A stretch of DNA of 64,000 nt, from assembly GCA_023213395.1 (NCBI GenBank), contig CM041465.1, forward strand, positions 81,041,741-81,105,740. Direction: 5' to 3'. This DNA comes from Cycas panzhihuaensis. Its lineage: Eukaryota; Plantae; Cycadophyta. Of this stretch, positions 47,801-59,330 are shown piece by piece. Below the pieces are notes generated by a model. It was given only the letters and a program-made list of their open reading frames with translations, had not been told where the DNA came from and did not search any database. Each line of letters starts with the position of its first letter. Positions within the stretch are counted from its first letter, which is position 1. The position numbers and the translations under genes were made by a program.

Positions 47801-49425
47801 TATGAATACTTTTGTATTCATAGAACCACTCATTATGGGGAGTAACATGAAGTGAGAAACTAGAGTTAATTAACCAAGACTCAACATTTAACATCTTACC
47901 TAATGTAACCAAACAAATATTACCATAAGCTTCATCAATGGCCTTTGTTATTGTAGAAGAGATAGCTTCAAGTGACTTTCCCTTGTCAACCTTGGCTCTA
48001 CACTAACTCTTAATATAGTTAGTCTTTTCACATCTCAAACATTCCATTGGGCCTCTACTTAAAGATTTATATTTTTCTCTAGATTTTAATTATCTGTACT
48101 GAGGCATTTATTGATCATGATCCAATACATGGCCTCTCACTAACAATGCCTCTTTTGTATGATCTTCATAATATTTTTATCTTGCCTCTTCTAATAATGC
48201 TAACAACTTCATTAAACTTTAGGGTGGTAGTAGTTGCACTACTTATCACTATTACCATGTTGTCCCAAGAATCAAGAAGTGAACATAATAGGGTAATACA
48301 CTTATCTTCTTCAATCATTATTATACTAACTAAAATAAGTTAGCTCAACATGGTATTAAATATAGTGAGATGATCTCTAATTATATTTTCATCACTCATC
48401 CTGAGTGAATGCAATACTTTTCGAAGAAATGGTTTATTAACCAGGGACTTTGTGTGATATAAAGACCATAACTTATTCTATATATCTTTGGTCATATACT
48501 CTTAAGAAACATTTAACAATGCCATATCTAAAAAGTATAATCTTATAGAATTGATTACCTTTCTATCAAGCTTGTTATAGTCTTCACTAGCCATAGTCAT
48601 AAGCTTTGTTCCTAGTATAATGATCCATTGATCCTTCTTAACAAGGATATCTTCCATCTTTAACTTTTATAATTTAAAGATTTAGCTATTGAACTTTTCA
48701 ATCTTCATCCTTGTAGTACTTGCAATGGTCTTCAAATACAAATTCACCAAATAAATCTCCTACTTAATAAATAACTTTCCATAGAACTAAAATCCTAGCT
48801 TTGATACTAGATGTAGAGAAAATAATCAAGAGAAATAATGTAATAACAGAACTTAAAATAATATGAAAAGTAAATAAATAAATTTAAGAATGTGAATAAG
48901 GAATAACCAAAGATTCAAGTCTAAGTATAGACCATTCTATTAATCTTAGCAACAACTAAAGAGTTATAAGAGAAATCCCAACTCTCTGCTCTTCCACTCA
49001 TTTAACCTCTTTACATGTGCCATTATAGAAGTATTTATATACTACCTAGGGGTCCTTCTTAAGATCTTTCACACTAAAAAAAGGCTTAGATGTAATCCAT
49101 ATACCCATGTAATACTTACAAAGTTATCAATACATTTAATAAGTATTGCTTAAATACAACCATTAAATTAAGCAGACAAATAAATACATTATATGATAAA
49201 AAATAAACCACTACTTATTGAATAAAAAATAGACTGCTATTTCAAAGACACATATTAATCTAATGAAATAGTCATATGGGAATCTAAAAATCAAGAATTT
49301 TAATAGAAAACACCTTCTAGAGGAGATAATAATAACAATTATATAAGGATAAGATCTTACTCATCTCTATATATACTAATTTAATTAAAGCTCCCTCTAT
49401 GACCTCCTATCCTAAGCATTCCAAC
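44850..49425 (-). mobile_element. decayed Ty1/copia (Tnt1/Tork-like) element; 3' LTR missing, outer boundaries approximate
   Basis: Minus strand shows LTR end ...CTACA at 48812 then PBS TAGTATCAAAGC. Gag MKIEKFNS...KLKMEDILV.KDQW at ~48700. Protease WLINSSFSLHVTPHNEWF at ~47850. Integrase ORF 46749-46940. RT QMDMKIIFLY at ~46000. RNase H KNPTFYTRLKYINVYFH at ~44950. Confidence 0.88.
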
Positions 49426-49525
49426 TCATGGTGTAATATGTTATCCTATATTAAGGATGGTGATGATATTACTTGGTAATGAGTTGGTTGTAGTAGTGAC
49501 TGATAGTCTATGTTGAATTCCCATG

Positions 49526-52500
49526 ATAGTTCAAGATGGAAGCCTATTATAATTAATGTTAGAATCCTACGATAGTTTACAATAGAAGCATATGATAGAC
49601 TATACTAGGATCATATGACAAACTATGATAGAAACCTCTAATAAACCTATGGTATCATTCAAATTATAATAATAAATACAACAAAAAATGCACTAGCCAT
49701 TATGCAACCAATTATATTAGTACATATGGCTTTGAAATAAGATAGGTAGGAAATCAAATTTAAATAAGCATTATCATGTCTTCTAAAAGGGGATAATACC
49801 TTTTAATTGCAATAAGATAATTTATCAACCAACATAACTTTTTATAATGACAATTAGCTAATTATAATCATGAATAATAATGTGACTCTATCTTGCCATA
49901 ATTGTGTAAGAATTTAGAATTTCACTCTAATGCCATATTGGAATGTACTTGTAATATATAGGGAAAGTATATCAAGAATGTATAATAAATCAATCATATC
50001 ATGAGGAATATATATAAATCATGTAATGTAAAATCAACATATAAAGAAATAATATAAAATATAAAGTACAAATGTAATAAGCATGTATGTACCATAAGAG
50101 AGATAATAGACTTATACGTAAAAAGCCTAGTGTGGAAAATCCTATTTGGTGAGATGGGAGATGGTCAATCCTACTAAATTTCACTTTCCTCTATAGGGGA
50201 AAAACCTGTATTAGTAAATTCAACTAGAAATAGTTCTCTTCATCACATCATATTCAACGAACTTCTAAAACACTTATGTGTATCAAATATATGGTACCAA
50301 TATGCTGAAAATAAATGTCCATATAAGTTACTATCAATATACCATTAATTTATTGTATTCATCTATATATAACTTTTAAACATCTTCATCTTGCCATAAG
50401 ATCTCAGTCATATGTCATTGGCATACTCAATTTTGGCTCATCAAATTACTCCTTATACTAGCTCATGTTGGCTATATATTGGCTCGGTACTAGCTCATGT
50501 ATAGGCTTCAATCTGCTTCATATGACCTTTTACAATATCGCTCTGATAAACTATATTCACAAATCTCCATACAATCGTTTGTAACCTTTAGATTTGATAA
50601 CTCAACCTGAGCTCTAATACTATATAAACATTTAGAATTTCACTCTGATACCATATTGGAATACACTTATAATATATATTAGGAGTATATTAAATATATA
50701 TAATAAATCAATCATATTATGAGGAATGTATACAATTCATACAATGTAAGATCAACATATAAAAAAATAATATGAAATATAAAGTATAAACATAATAAGT
50801 ATGCATGCACCATAAGAGAGATAACAAATTTATATATGAAAATTTTAGTATGGAAAAAACCATAGGAGATGGCTGGAGTTGGGAGCTCCTCTTTATGATA
50901 TCAAATGATTACATCTCCAAGTCAATCTTCCTTTCTCAAGTTCTTCAATGGTATATGCATATATATATATATCACCTCTTAAATATCCCATAATATCTCT
51001 TGAGCATTTTGATCATATAATAGGATCTCTATATAAATAATTGTACATAGTTCAAGATGGAAGGCTATGACAATTGATGTTAAAATCTTATGATAGTTTA
51101 CAATAGAAACCTACAATAAACTAGACTAGGATCTTGTGACAGACTATGATAGAAACCTCTAATAAGCTTATGGTGTCATTCGAATTATAATAAGGAATAC
51201 AATAAAAAATGCACTAGCCATTATGCAATCAATTATATTAGTATATGTGGCTTTGAAATAAGATAGGTGGGAAATCGAATTTAAATAAACATTATCATAT
51301 CTTTTAAATGGGGATAATACGTTTTAATTGCAATAAGACAATTTGTCAACCAATATGGCTTTTTACATGGTAATTAACTAATTATAATTATTAATAATAA
51401 TGCGACTCTATCTTGCCATGATTATGTAAGAATTTAGAATTTCACTCTAATGCCATATTGGAATGTACTTGTAATTTATAGGGAAAATATATCGAGAATG
51501 TATAATAAATCAATCATATCATAAGGAATATACATAATTCATATAATATAAAGTCAACATATAAAGAAACAACACAAAGCATAAAGTACAAATATAATAA
51601 GCATGCATATACCATAAGAGAGACAATAGACTTATACGTAAAAACCTAGTGTGGAAAAACCCATTTGGTGAGATGACCAATCCTACTAAATCTCACTTTC
51701 CTCTATAAGGGAATAACCTGTATTAGTGAATTTAATTAATAATAGTTCTCTTCATCACATCATATTCAATGTACTTCTAAAACACCCATATGCATCAAAT
51801 ATATAGTACCAATATGCTAAAAGTAAATGTCCATATAAGTTACTATCAACATACCATTAATTTATTGTATTCATCTATATATAACTTGTAAACATCTTTA
51901 TCTTGCCCTAAGATCTCATTCATATGTCATTGGCATACTCAATTTTGGCTCATTAAATTGCTCCTTATATTGGCTCATGTTGGTTATATATTGACTCAGT
52001 ACTAGCTCATGTATAGGCTTCAATATACTTTATATGACCTTTTACAATATGGCTCTAATAAATTGTATTCACAAATCTCCACAAAATCTTTTGTAACCTT
52101 TAGCTTTGATAGATCAACCTGAGCTCCAATACCATATAAACATTTAGAATTGACCTCTAATACCATATTGGAATACAATTATAATATACATTAGGAGTAT
52201 ATCAAATATGTATAATAAATCAACCATATTATGGGGAATGTATACAATTCATATAATGTAAGATCAACATATAAAGAAATAATATGAAATATAAATTATA
52301 AATATTATAAGTATGCATGCGCCACAAGAGAGATAACAAATTTATATATGAAAATTTTAGTGTAGAAAAAACCATAGGAAAAGGCTAGAGTTGGGAGCTC
52401 CTCTTTGTGATATCAAATGATTACATCTCTAAGTCAATCTTCCTTTCTCAAGTTCTTTAGTGGTGTACGTATATATTTATATATATGTCACCTCTTAAAT

Positions 52501-52558
52501 AGCTTATAATATCTCTTGAGCATTTTGATCATCTAATAGGATCTCTATATGAATAATT
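49526..52558. repeat. tandem duplication, ~1.52-kb unit (49526-51042, 51047-52558), built from copia-type LTR/PBS segments
   Basis: The two copies are collinear throughout, starting ATAGTTCAAGATGGAA. Each has an internal ~200-bp subrepeat and three CTCTGATACCA-like motifs (reverse-complement Met PBS). Confidence 0.9.
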
Positions 52559-52658
52559 ACAAATATCACATCTATTAATGCTTTTAGTGAGTGAGATTAT
52601 GTGGGTATACGACAATATATTAAATATTAGATATATAAAAATCTCACATATTCCAACA
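52166..52658 (-). repeat. copia-type LTR (~490 bp)
   Basis: Terminal inverted repeats TATTGGAAT (TGTTGGAAT-like) and ATTCCAACA. Abutted on the left by reverse-complement PBS CTCTAATACCA. Confidence 0.65.
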
Positions 52659-55290
52659 CTCACATTTTCCAATAAATTAGTTATTTTGGCATAAAACTAT
52701 TCTTCATTGATGTGCTTTGAAATATTTATATAATAGTCTTGTGATTTTGTGAACAAACTTTTAGGTAATATTGCATAGTTAGTAATGGACAATACCCTTA
52801 ACTAGTACATTACATTGTAAAAGCCTGATGATTTGTCAATTTAGACAGAATTTTAGTAAATGGGTAAGGATGTCAAGTGAAAGGCTACCTTGTGATAAAT
52901 GGGAATGGTACCCTTTATTGCAATTAATTCTCTTCATTATACTAGAAGATTTCTTTTAACCTTGGTAATTGAAATAATTATAGAAAATGTAACTTTATTG
53001 GACTATTCTCCTTCAAAGATTGTGCATCTCATAGTATTACCATTAGATGCACCTAGGGTACTAAAATATTTTCAAGGATCATACGTAGAAGTTGTTATAA
53101 TCATATAACTTAAAGCCATTGATGCATCCTCCTCAAAAGTTCAAATCAAAGGAGTGTCAAATAAGATTTTGCAATGGGTCATCAAGGTAGTTACCTTGTA
53201 ATTACTCTAAAAAAATTCATTATTTTCCCACTTTCTTAGTCTACACATTATAACAAATATGTAGAGGTAATATCTATAATTGGAATAGATTTCTTTCTAG
53301 TAAAATTCAAGAAAATTTAAGTTATATTACCTTTATAACTACATCAATAACAACATTTTAGCCTATAGTGATTTTAGGATTAGTATACCAACAATATACA
53401 TAAAAATTGGAAGATATAACAAAGAGGACCAAGCTTCAATATTGGGTTTCTAAATATGGAAAAAGGCTATGATCAAAGCAAGAGGACAAATTAATAGCAT
53501 TACACTAACATTTGCTATGATAGGTATATGTGCAGTGAATGGTATTATGGTTGGGAACATTGCTTGTAATTGTGTAACCACCTTCAATGAGTAGTTCATA
53601 TTAGAAGAGAAAAATGATTAAACACAAGGAAGTGGTAGTCTAACCAACCACTACTATAACTAATATAAAAATTAACGATGAACTACTATGGAGGATGGAT
53701 TAGTTCCTATGCTTAAAACATATCCAATAATATATGTGTATTGTTGAATATATTTAGGGTTGAATGGTAATCGATGAAAATGGGGGTAGTAGTATGGTGG
53801 ACCATAACCATGCAAATAAATATTAGAGAACATGAGATGGAAAGAATATTCTAAGATAGTAAAATAATAATCATATACATAACAGAAAAGAATAAATTAC
53901 CAAAAACTCCCAAAGGACTAAGAAGCTCTAAATTATTCAACACCTTTTTAATATATGGTATGAGTCAACTATTTATGGAAATTAACCACCTTTTACCCAC
54001 AACCATTTTAACAAAAAGGTCATTAAAGAGTAATTAAGGCAAATCCTCTTTTTTAATCATGCTCTAAAAAGGATTAGTCACATGCATAGGTGTGGGTTTT
54101 AATCACGCTTCCCTAACCAACATTAATAACCTAATGGATTTATTAAGAGTGTTTAGACATAAGAATCATAAGTTTTAAGATATTTTCCATTAAAATTCCT
54201 CTTTCATGCAAGTCACATGCTAACCTCATACTTTCTCCATTCGAGAAACCTAGTTATTTTTATTAGTGGTTGATCTAAGTGATGATAGTTTTATTTCATA
54301 AAATAGAACATAAGAAAATAAATATATAATGAGATATATAATAAGATACATAATGAGATATACAATGAAATATACAATATGCACCATCTTGGGCATTATA
54401 AATAAGTTTATAATCTATTTTGTTTCAAAATTTAAAAAAAGCTTTACATTTCAACATTCTATAAATTGAATTGTGAAATATATAAATTGAGTAAAACAAA
54501 TTTCAATATAATTTTCTCATAATATGGGTTGGTTTCTTTTGCAGGGTCTATAGTAAATGACGATTACTTTATTAATATAAATAGAAAGTAATAATTAGAA
54601 AAAGTAATAAATTTTCAATATGAAAATCCTATTACTTAATATTTTAGGACTAAAAGAAATTTATAATGAAGATAAAATTAAAGAATCAATTTTTTTTTTA
54701 AATTTTAAGGAATCATATTTAAATATTTTAGCCTACAATAATATTTTATCTATGAAAACCTACACGTAAATTTCCTTTTTTGAAAATTTTATTCATAAAA
54801 TTTGAATGTTGATAAAATTATTTAAAATAAAAAAGATTTACAAGTCAAACATTATGCTTTTCCTCAAGCTTTAAGTATTGCATTTAGATATTCTATGATT
54901 TGTATAAAAAGAGAGGAGTAAATACTATGTGATTTATGACATAGTAAGGAAAGAAAAGAAACCATGCATAAGACTAGCTCACACATACAATTTCATTGTG
55001 GAAGAGGTTGTCAACCTTGTCCAATTACTTCTAGATGTTGAAGAAAATGTAAAAGAGATTAGAAGGCCTAGTTTAACTTATTAAATCCCAGGGAAAAAGA
55101 AAATATAAGTCAAGCCACGCTTTCGGTCAAAGAAAGAAATAACAACCTGGATGCATCTAGGTTACGTTGGAGTTGGAGTTGGAATGAGTACTCCAAAAAC
55201 CAGAAAACTGAACAAAGTAAACAGAAGGAAAACTCCACACATGGAGTTCCATGAGTATTATGGTGACTTATGGACCATTAATTAATGGTC

Positions 55291-55669
55291 GCTTCTCCCG
55301 GTGGAGTGCATATTCAGAGCAAATACCGCAAAGGGTACAGAGCTTGTATTCGTGGTGTAGGGAACCGTCGTCATGGGCTTTGTCGACACAAATCAAATGC
55401 TCTTTTCTGTAACTCTCTGACCGGGAGATGTGTTCGTCCTTCCGAGAGGGCTCGTGCATTTTCTTCAGAACGTCGGCCTTACGCCTGCTACAACCATTTC
55501 TGGCCTCAACAGCCAGAATCCCGGACCTTCTCTTCTTCCTGCCACTCAATTTGCTTCCATCCCTCCCATTCCTTCCGCCGTCCTCCGAAAGTCTTTCCAG
55601 ATCAATGAGTCGGAAGCCGCGAATATCGCCAACACTGTTGCCAATAGTCTCATGAATGTGGCTGAATAA
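55291..55669 (+). pseudogene. germin-like protein (cupin) pseudogene, 5'-truncated
   Basis: PGGV relic, then [46 protein letters not shown]...GLNSQNPG...FASIPPIPSAVLRKSFQI. Stops at 55358 and 55418. The HTHPR metal-binding motif is destroyed or frameshifted. No signal peptide exon is visible. Confidence 0.9.
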
Positions 55670-55913
55670 ATAAGCAAGCGCTACAGCATCATCCTTATTA
55701 TCGTTAATTCCGTTGTATTCCGCAATTATATTTATCTAGCAGATGTGGGATTGGTTTCCCCGTCGACCAATTTAAGTTATGCCATATTTTTATATGCTAG
55801 TGCAGACTGTAGACAGCTGTGAGCGCCGATAAGCTTCTCTTGATGCATAGTAAGATTTAGCAACCACAGTAAGTGATTTTGGGAGGTTCAACAGTGTCCT
55901 TCTTCAGGCCGTA

Positions 55914-55988
55914 GTGGCCTCTCACTATGTGGCTTCCCAATGCTTGGTGAGATTGGAACAGTCAGTTGCAACTGGTGCATTCAAACTT
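55914..55988 (-). pseudogene. plant Q-type (QALGGH) C2H2 zinc-finger relic
   Basis: Manual translation of the minus strand gives KFECTSCN*LFQSHQALGSHIVRGH. The stop is TGA (likely from CGA), and GGC->AGC would explain QALGSH. Confidence 0.8.
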
Positions 55989-56639
55989 AGCCTTGGTTCC
56001 ACAAACCACAATGCCTTCTCCATCTCCCCCGGATTTGCAGGCATTTCTATGATCCTTGTTAGTAAATTTAGTAATGATTTATGTGAACTCAGTTTCTTTG
56101 AATCACCATTTCAATCTATGGATATGGGTTAGAGTTAAGACCTAGATATCGGTGCATGCCTGTATCTGCCACAACAGAGTCTTGACTATAGTTAAGTCTC
56201 AAAGTTTGGAACATATAGTTTGACCGGTGGATTAATCAGAGCGATGGTCTACACAATTATTTTTTTTTTTTTCTCTTTTTTTTTAAAGGGGAGTTTATGC
56301 TGCCCCTAAGAGTGGAGAGACTCCTCACCCAAGTTACATCCCCTGTGCTTATCGGTGTAATTAGTGTAGATTGTTAACAGTCTCGGAGCACCGATAGGCA
56401 TCCTGTATGTTTGAAGTCGCAACGTGTAACCATTTACCTTGTAGTAGAAGCTAAAGAGATGGTTCTGTTATAAAAGGGAGTTTCGACGGCATCCCCCTTC
56501 TCTGCCTCAGAACAAAAAAAATAAAAGATAAATTCTTTCCATTTCCTTCCGTTCATTACATACATGGTTCATTTTTATTTTTATTTTTATTTTTAATATT
56601 TAGGGAGTAAATGGAAGGGTTGAGTGACCTTTCCCCGTC

Positions 56640-57482
56640 TCACCTCACTCCCTACCAAAGTCCCCTAAGGGCGCCTATCGACGCAACTAGTGAAAACTCA
56701 TCAGTCTGCGAGCATCGATAGACACCCTCCACTTCATGCTATCAGTGCTAGTTTAATAGTAGAACTTGAGAAGATGATGAATTGGAAGTAACTTTGTGAA
56801 TTTCTCTTGTGGGATTTTCTCTACAACCTGCTCTTTTTCTTCAAGGACGATGGATTTGGAGGGGCTATATTCTTTTTCGTATTCTTCAGTGTTGTTGCTC
56901 ATCCCTATCTATTTGTCCATGTCATGCATCTGTCCATTCTACCATTGCAAAGACGGAAGTCATCTGCATTTTTTTTGTTAATTTCAATGTCTTTAATTTT
57001 TTAAAAGGGATTAAACTTTGCCCCTGAGTGGAGACCACTCGCCTCCCTCACCGAAGTCATCTGAGGGCGCCTATCGGCGCAACTAGTGCAGACTCGTCAT
57101 TCTGCGAGCGTCGATAGGCACCCTCCACTTCGTGCTATGAATGCCAGTTTAATAGTAAAACTTGAGAAGATGATGAATTGGAGGTAACTCTGTGAATTTC
57201 TCTTATGGAATTTTCTCTACAACCTACTCTTCTTCTTCAAGGATGATGGATTTGGAGGGGCTGTATTCTTTTTCGTATTCTTCTATGTTGTTTCTCATCC
57301 CTGTCTATTTGTCCATGTCATGCATCTGTCCATTCTGCCATTACGAAGACGGAAGTCATCTGCAATTTTTTTTTTTTGTTAATTTCAATTTCTTTAATTT
57401 TTAAAATGGGATTAAACTCTGCCACTAAGTGGAGACCGCTCGCCTCTCTCACCAAAGTCATCTAAGGGCGCCTATCGGCACA
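56640..57482. repeat. tandem repeat, ~396-401-bp unit, about 2.1 copies, each with a GC-rich inverted repeat
   Basis: AGGGCGCCTATCG recurs at 56668, 57064 and 57465. ORFs 56796 and 57192 are near-identical. Confidence 0.9.
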
Positions 57483-59330
57483 AACATATATAGTTCATTA
57501 CACATTCTCTCGCAGACAAATTCTTTTGTTGCTAATAATTGTGTAAATATTAAAATGGCGAAACAACAGCCATTAAGATCACTGCTCAAATAAAAACTGT
57601 CCCTTAATATTGATATTTTTCTTCTTATTATAATTTGTGTTTTACAAATTATTTTTAACGTTGGAGCACATTACAGAAATCACACATAAGAAAGGAGATA
57701 TTATCCAATAAAGAACTTTCTTCCTTGATTGGAATGTGTATTTTGTATGAGGGCATATCACAAGCACATACTACATCATACAAGTGATCATTTGGCTGAT
57801 TGCTATCTTTGTTGTCCCCTTCAACTTTTAAGTATAAAGTTTCGAATTACAAGTTCGCACCATAACATGAAATCTTGTATTAACACAAAAGAAAATATTA
57901 GACATTTAAATTATATATATTTTATAATATAATTAATAATTTTATTATAGAATGGTTGTACATGTTGAGGCAATCTTTTATCATCTTATGAACATTAACA
58001 AATTTCTTATAGTTAAATATGCTATATTTGGATGTATGTGAATGGAGTTGGACCCAAGAAGGAACTGATTTTGAGTCTAGAGGATATGCGGGGATTGTTT
58101 TACATGGCCATCTAAATAAATCCAATTGAAATTTATTTCCAAGGGCTAACCATGTTTAGATAGTTAGACATCATTACTTATGACTTTATTGGATCCATAC
58201 AAGGATGGGAGGCTAACGTGCAATAACTTTCATCATCATCACTACATCATATAATATGTTTCAAAGCTCTTGGTTTCAAGGCCAATGAGGTTTGCATTTC
58301 AACTAGATAATATGAGGTTACAAATAGATTTTGTAAGGACCTTCTCAAGAATAGAGATAGTGGGGGTATCATCACTAAGTGAGAACTGCAAGTTATGTAA
58401 GGAAAGTAAACAAGTGTGGACATTATGCATTGCATTAAATAAAATATGAGGTGAGCAATACTATGTCTTGTTTAATAAAGATGGAATAAAGTTGCATTAG
58501 TTCTATTATTGCATGCAATCTCCATGCTTAACTCTCATGTTTTATTTCTCCATAATTATGTCTTAGACAATGGCTTTATTATACTTAGGATGGAGTTAGT
58601 AATAAAATTTGTTCCACCTACTTTTCTAGATAAGGATAAATGCAATTTCTATTTTAGTCTTCTCTTTAATTTGATATTAGCTTGGTCCTTCTAGGTTATA
58701 CGTACCGACATTGCATACACAATTATCATGCACTAATATATGTAATGTTGCATATAAGTATTGTCATACTTCTTTTAACATATGCATAAACAAGTATCCC
58801 TAAAGTCGCACAAAAGAACCTTGATGAAACCTATCATGAGGTTGTCTACACATATATCCCCAAAACTATCAAATGCCATAGTAAGATTGGACACAACTAT
58901 TATAATCACTAAGTAATTGTTTTATATTATAATTATGAGTATGCAATTATGTACTTCACATATAGTTATTAATATATTGTTATTACATTACCACTAAATT
59001 AATCTACTAATACAAAATATCACTTATTATAAAATTCGGTTGAACATCTTCGTCACCATGATAGAAAAAATACTCTCATTTTTTCTTGCAATAAAAATTT
59101 TACATAAACATAAATGAAAATAAACATAATTTAAATGTACAAAGAGAAACACATCACAATTATATGTTAATATTATTAACTCTATCATTGCCCTCTATCA
59201 TCATAACTAATAAAGTTAGAATTAATTTAACTAAGAAAAAATAACCTTAATAAGATCTTTATTCTCTTAATCAATATACAATAAATTCATCAATACATAA
59301 AGCTTATCAAGAATATATTAAATGAACATA

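Noticed and set aside
52660-55250. Possible decayed retroelement or gag-like sequence and a short ~13-bp tandem repeat (~54325-54380)
   Set aside because: No diagnostic motif or termini could be read with confidence.
55268-55655. ORFs 55268-55549 (-), 55285-55608 (+) and 55428-55655 (+)
   Set aside because: Alternative frames over the germin-like pseudogene. Only the PGGV start of 55285 is homologous.
56345-57482. Regularly spaced palindromic repeats suggesting a CRISPR-like array
   Set aside because: Eukaryotic context, ~400-bp period, the intervening sequences are themselves duplicated, and there are no cas genes.
57500-59300. Short ORFs in AT-rich DNA, possible DNA-transposon relic
   Set aside because: No recognisable domain or terminal repeats.
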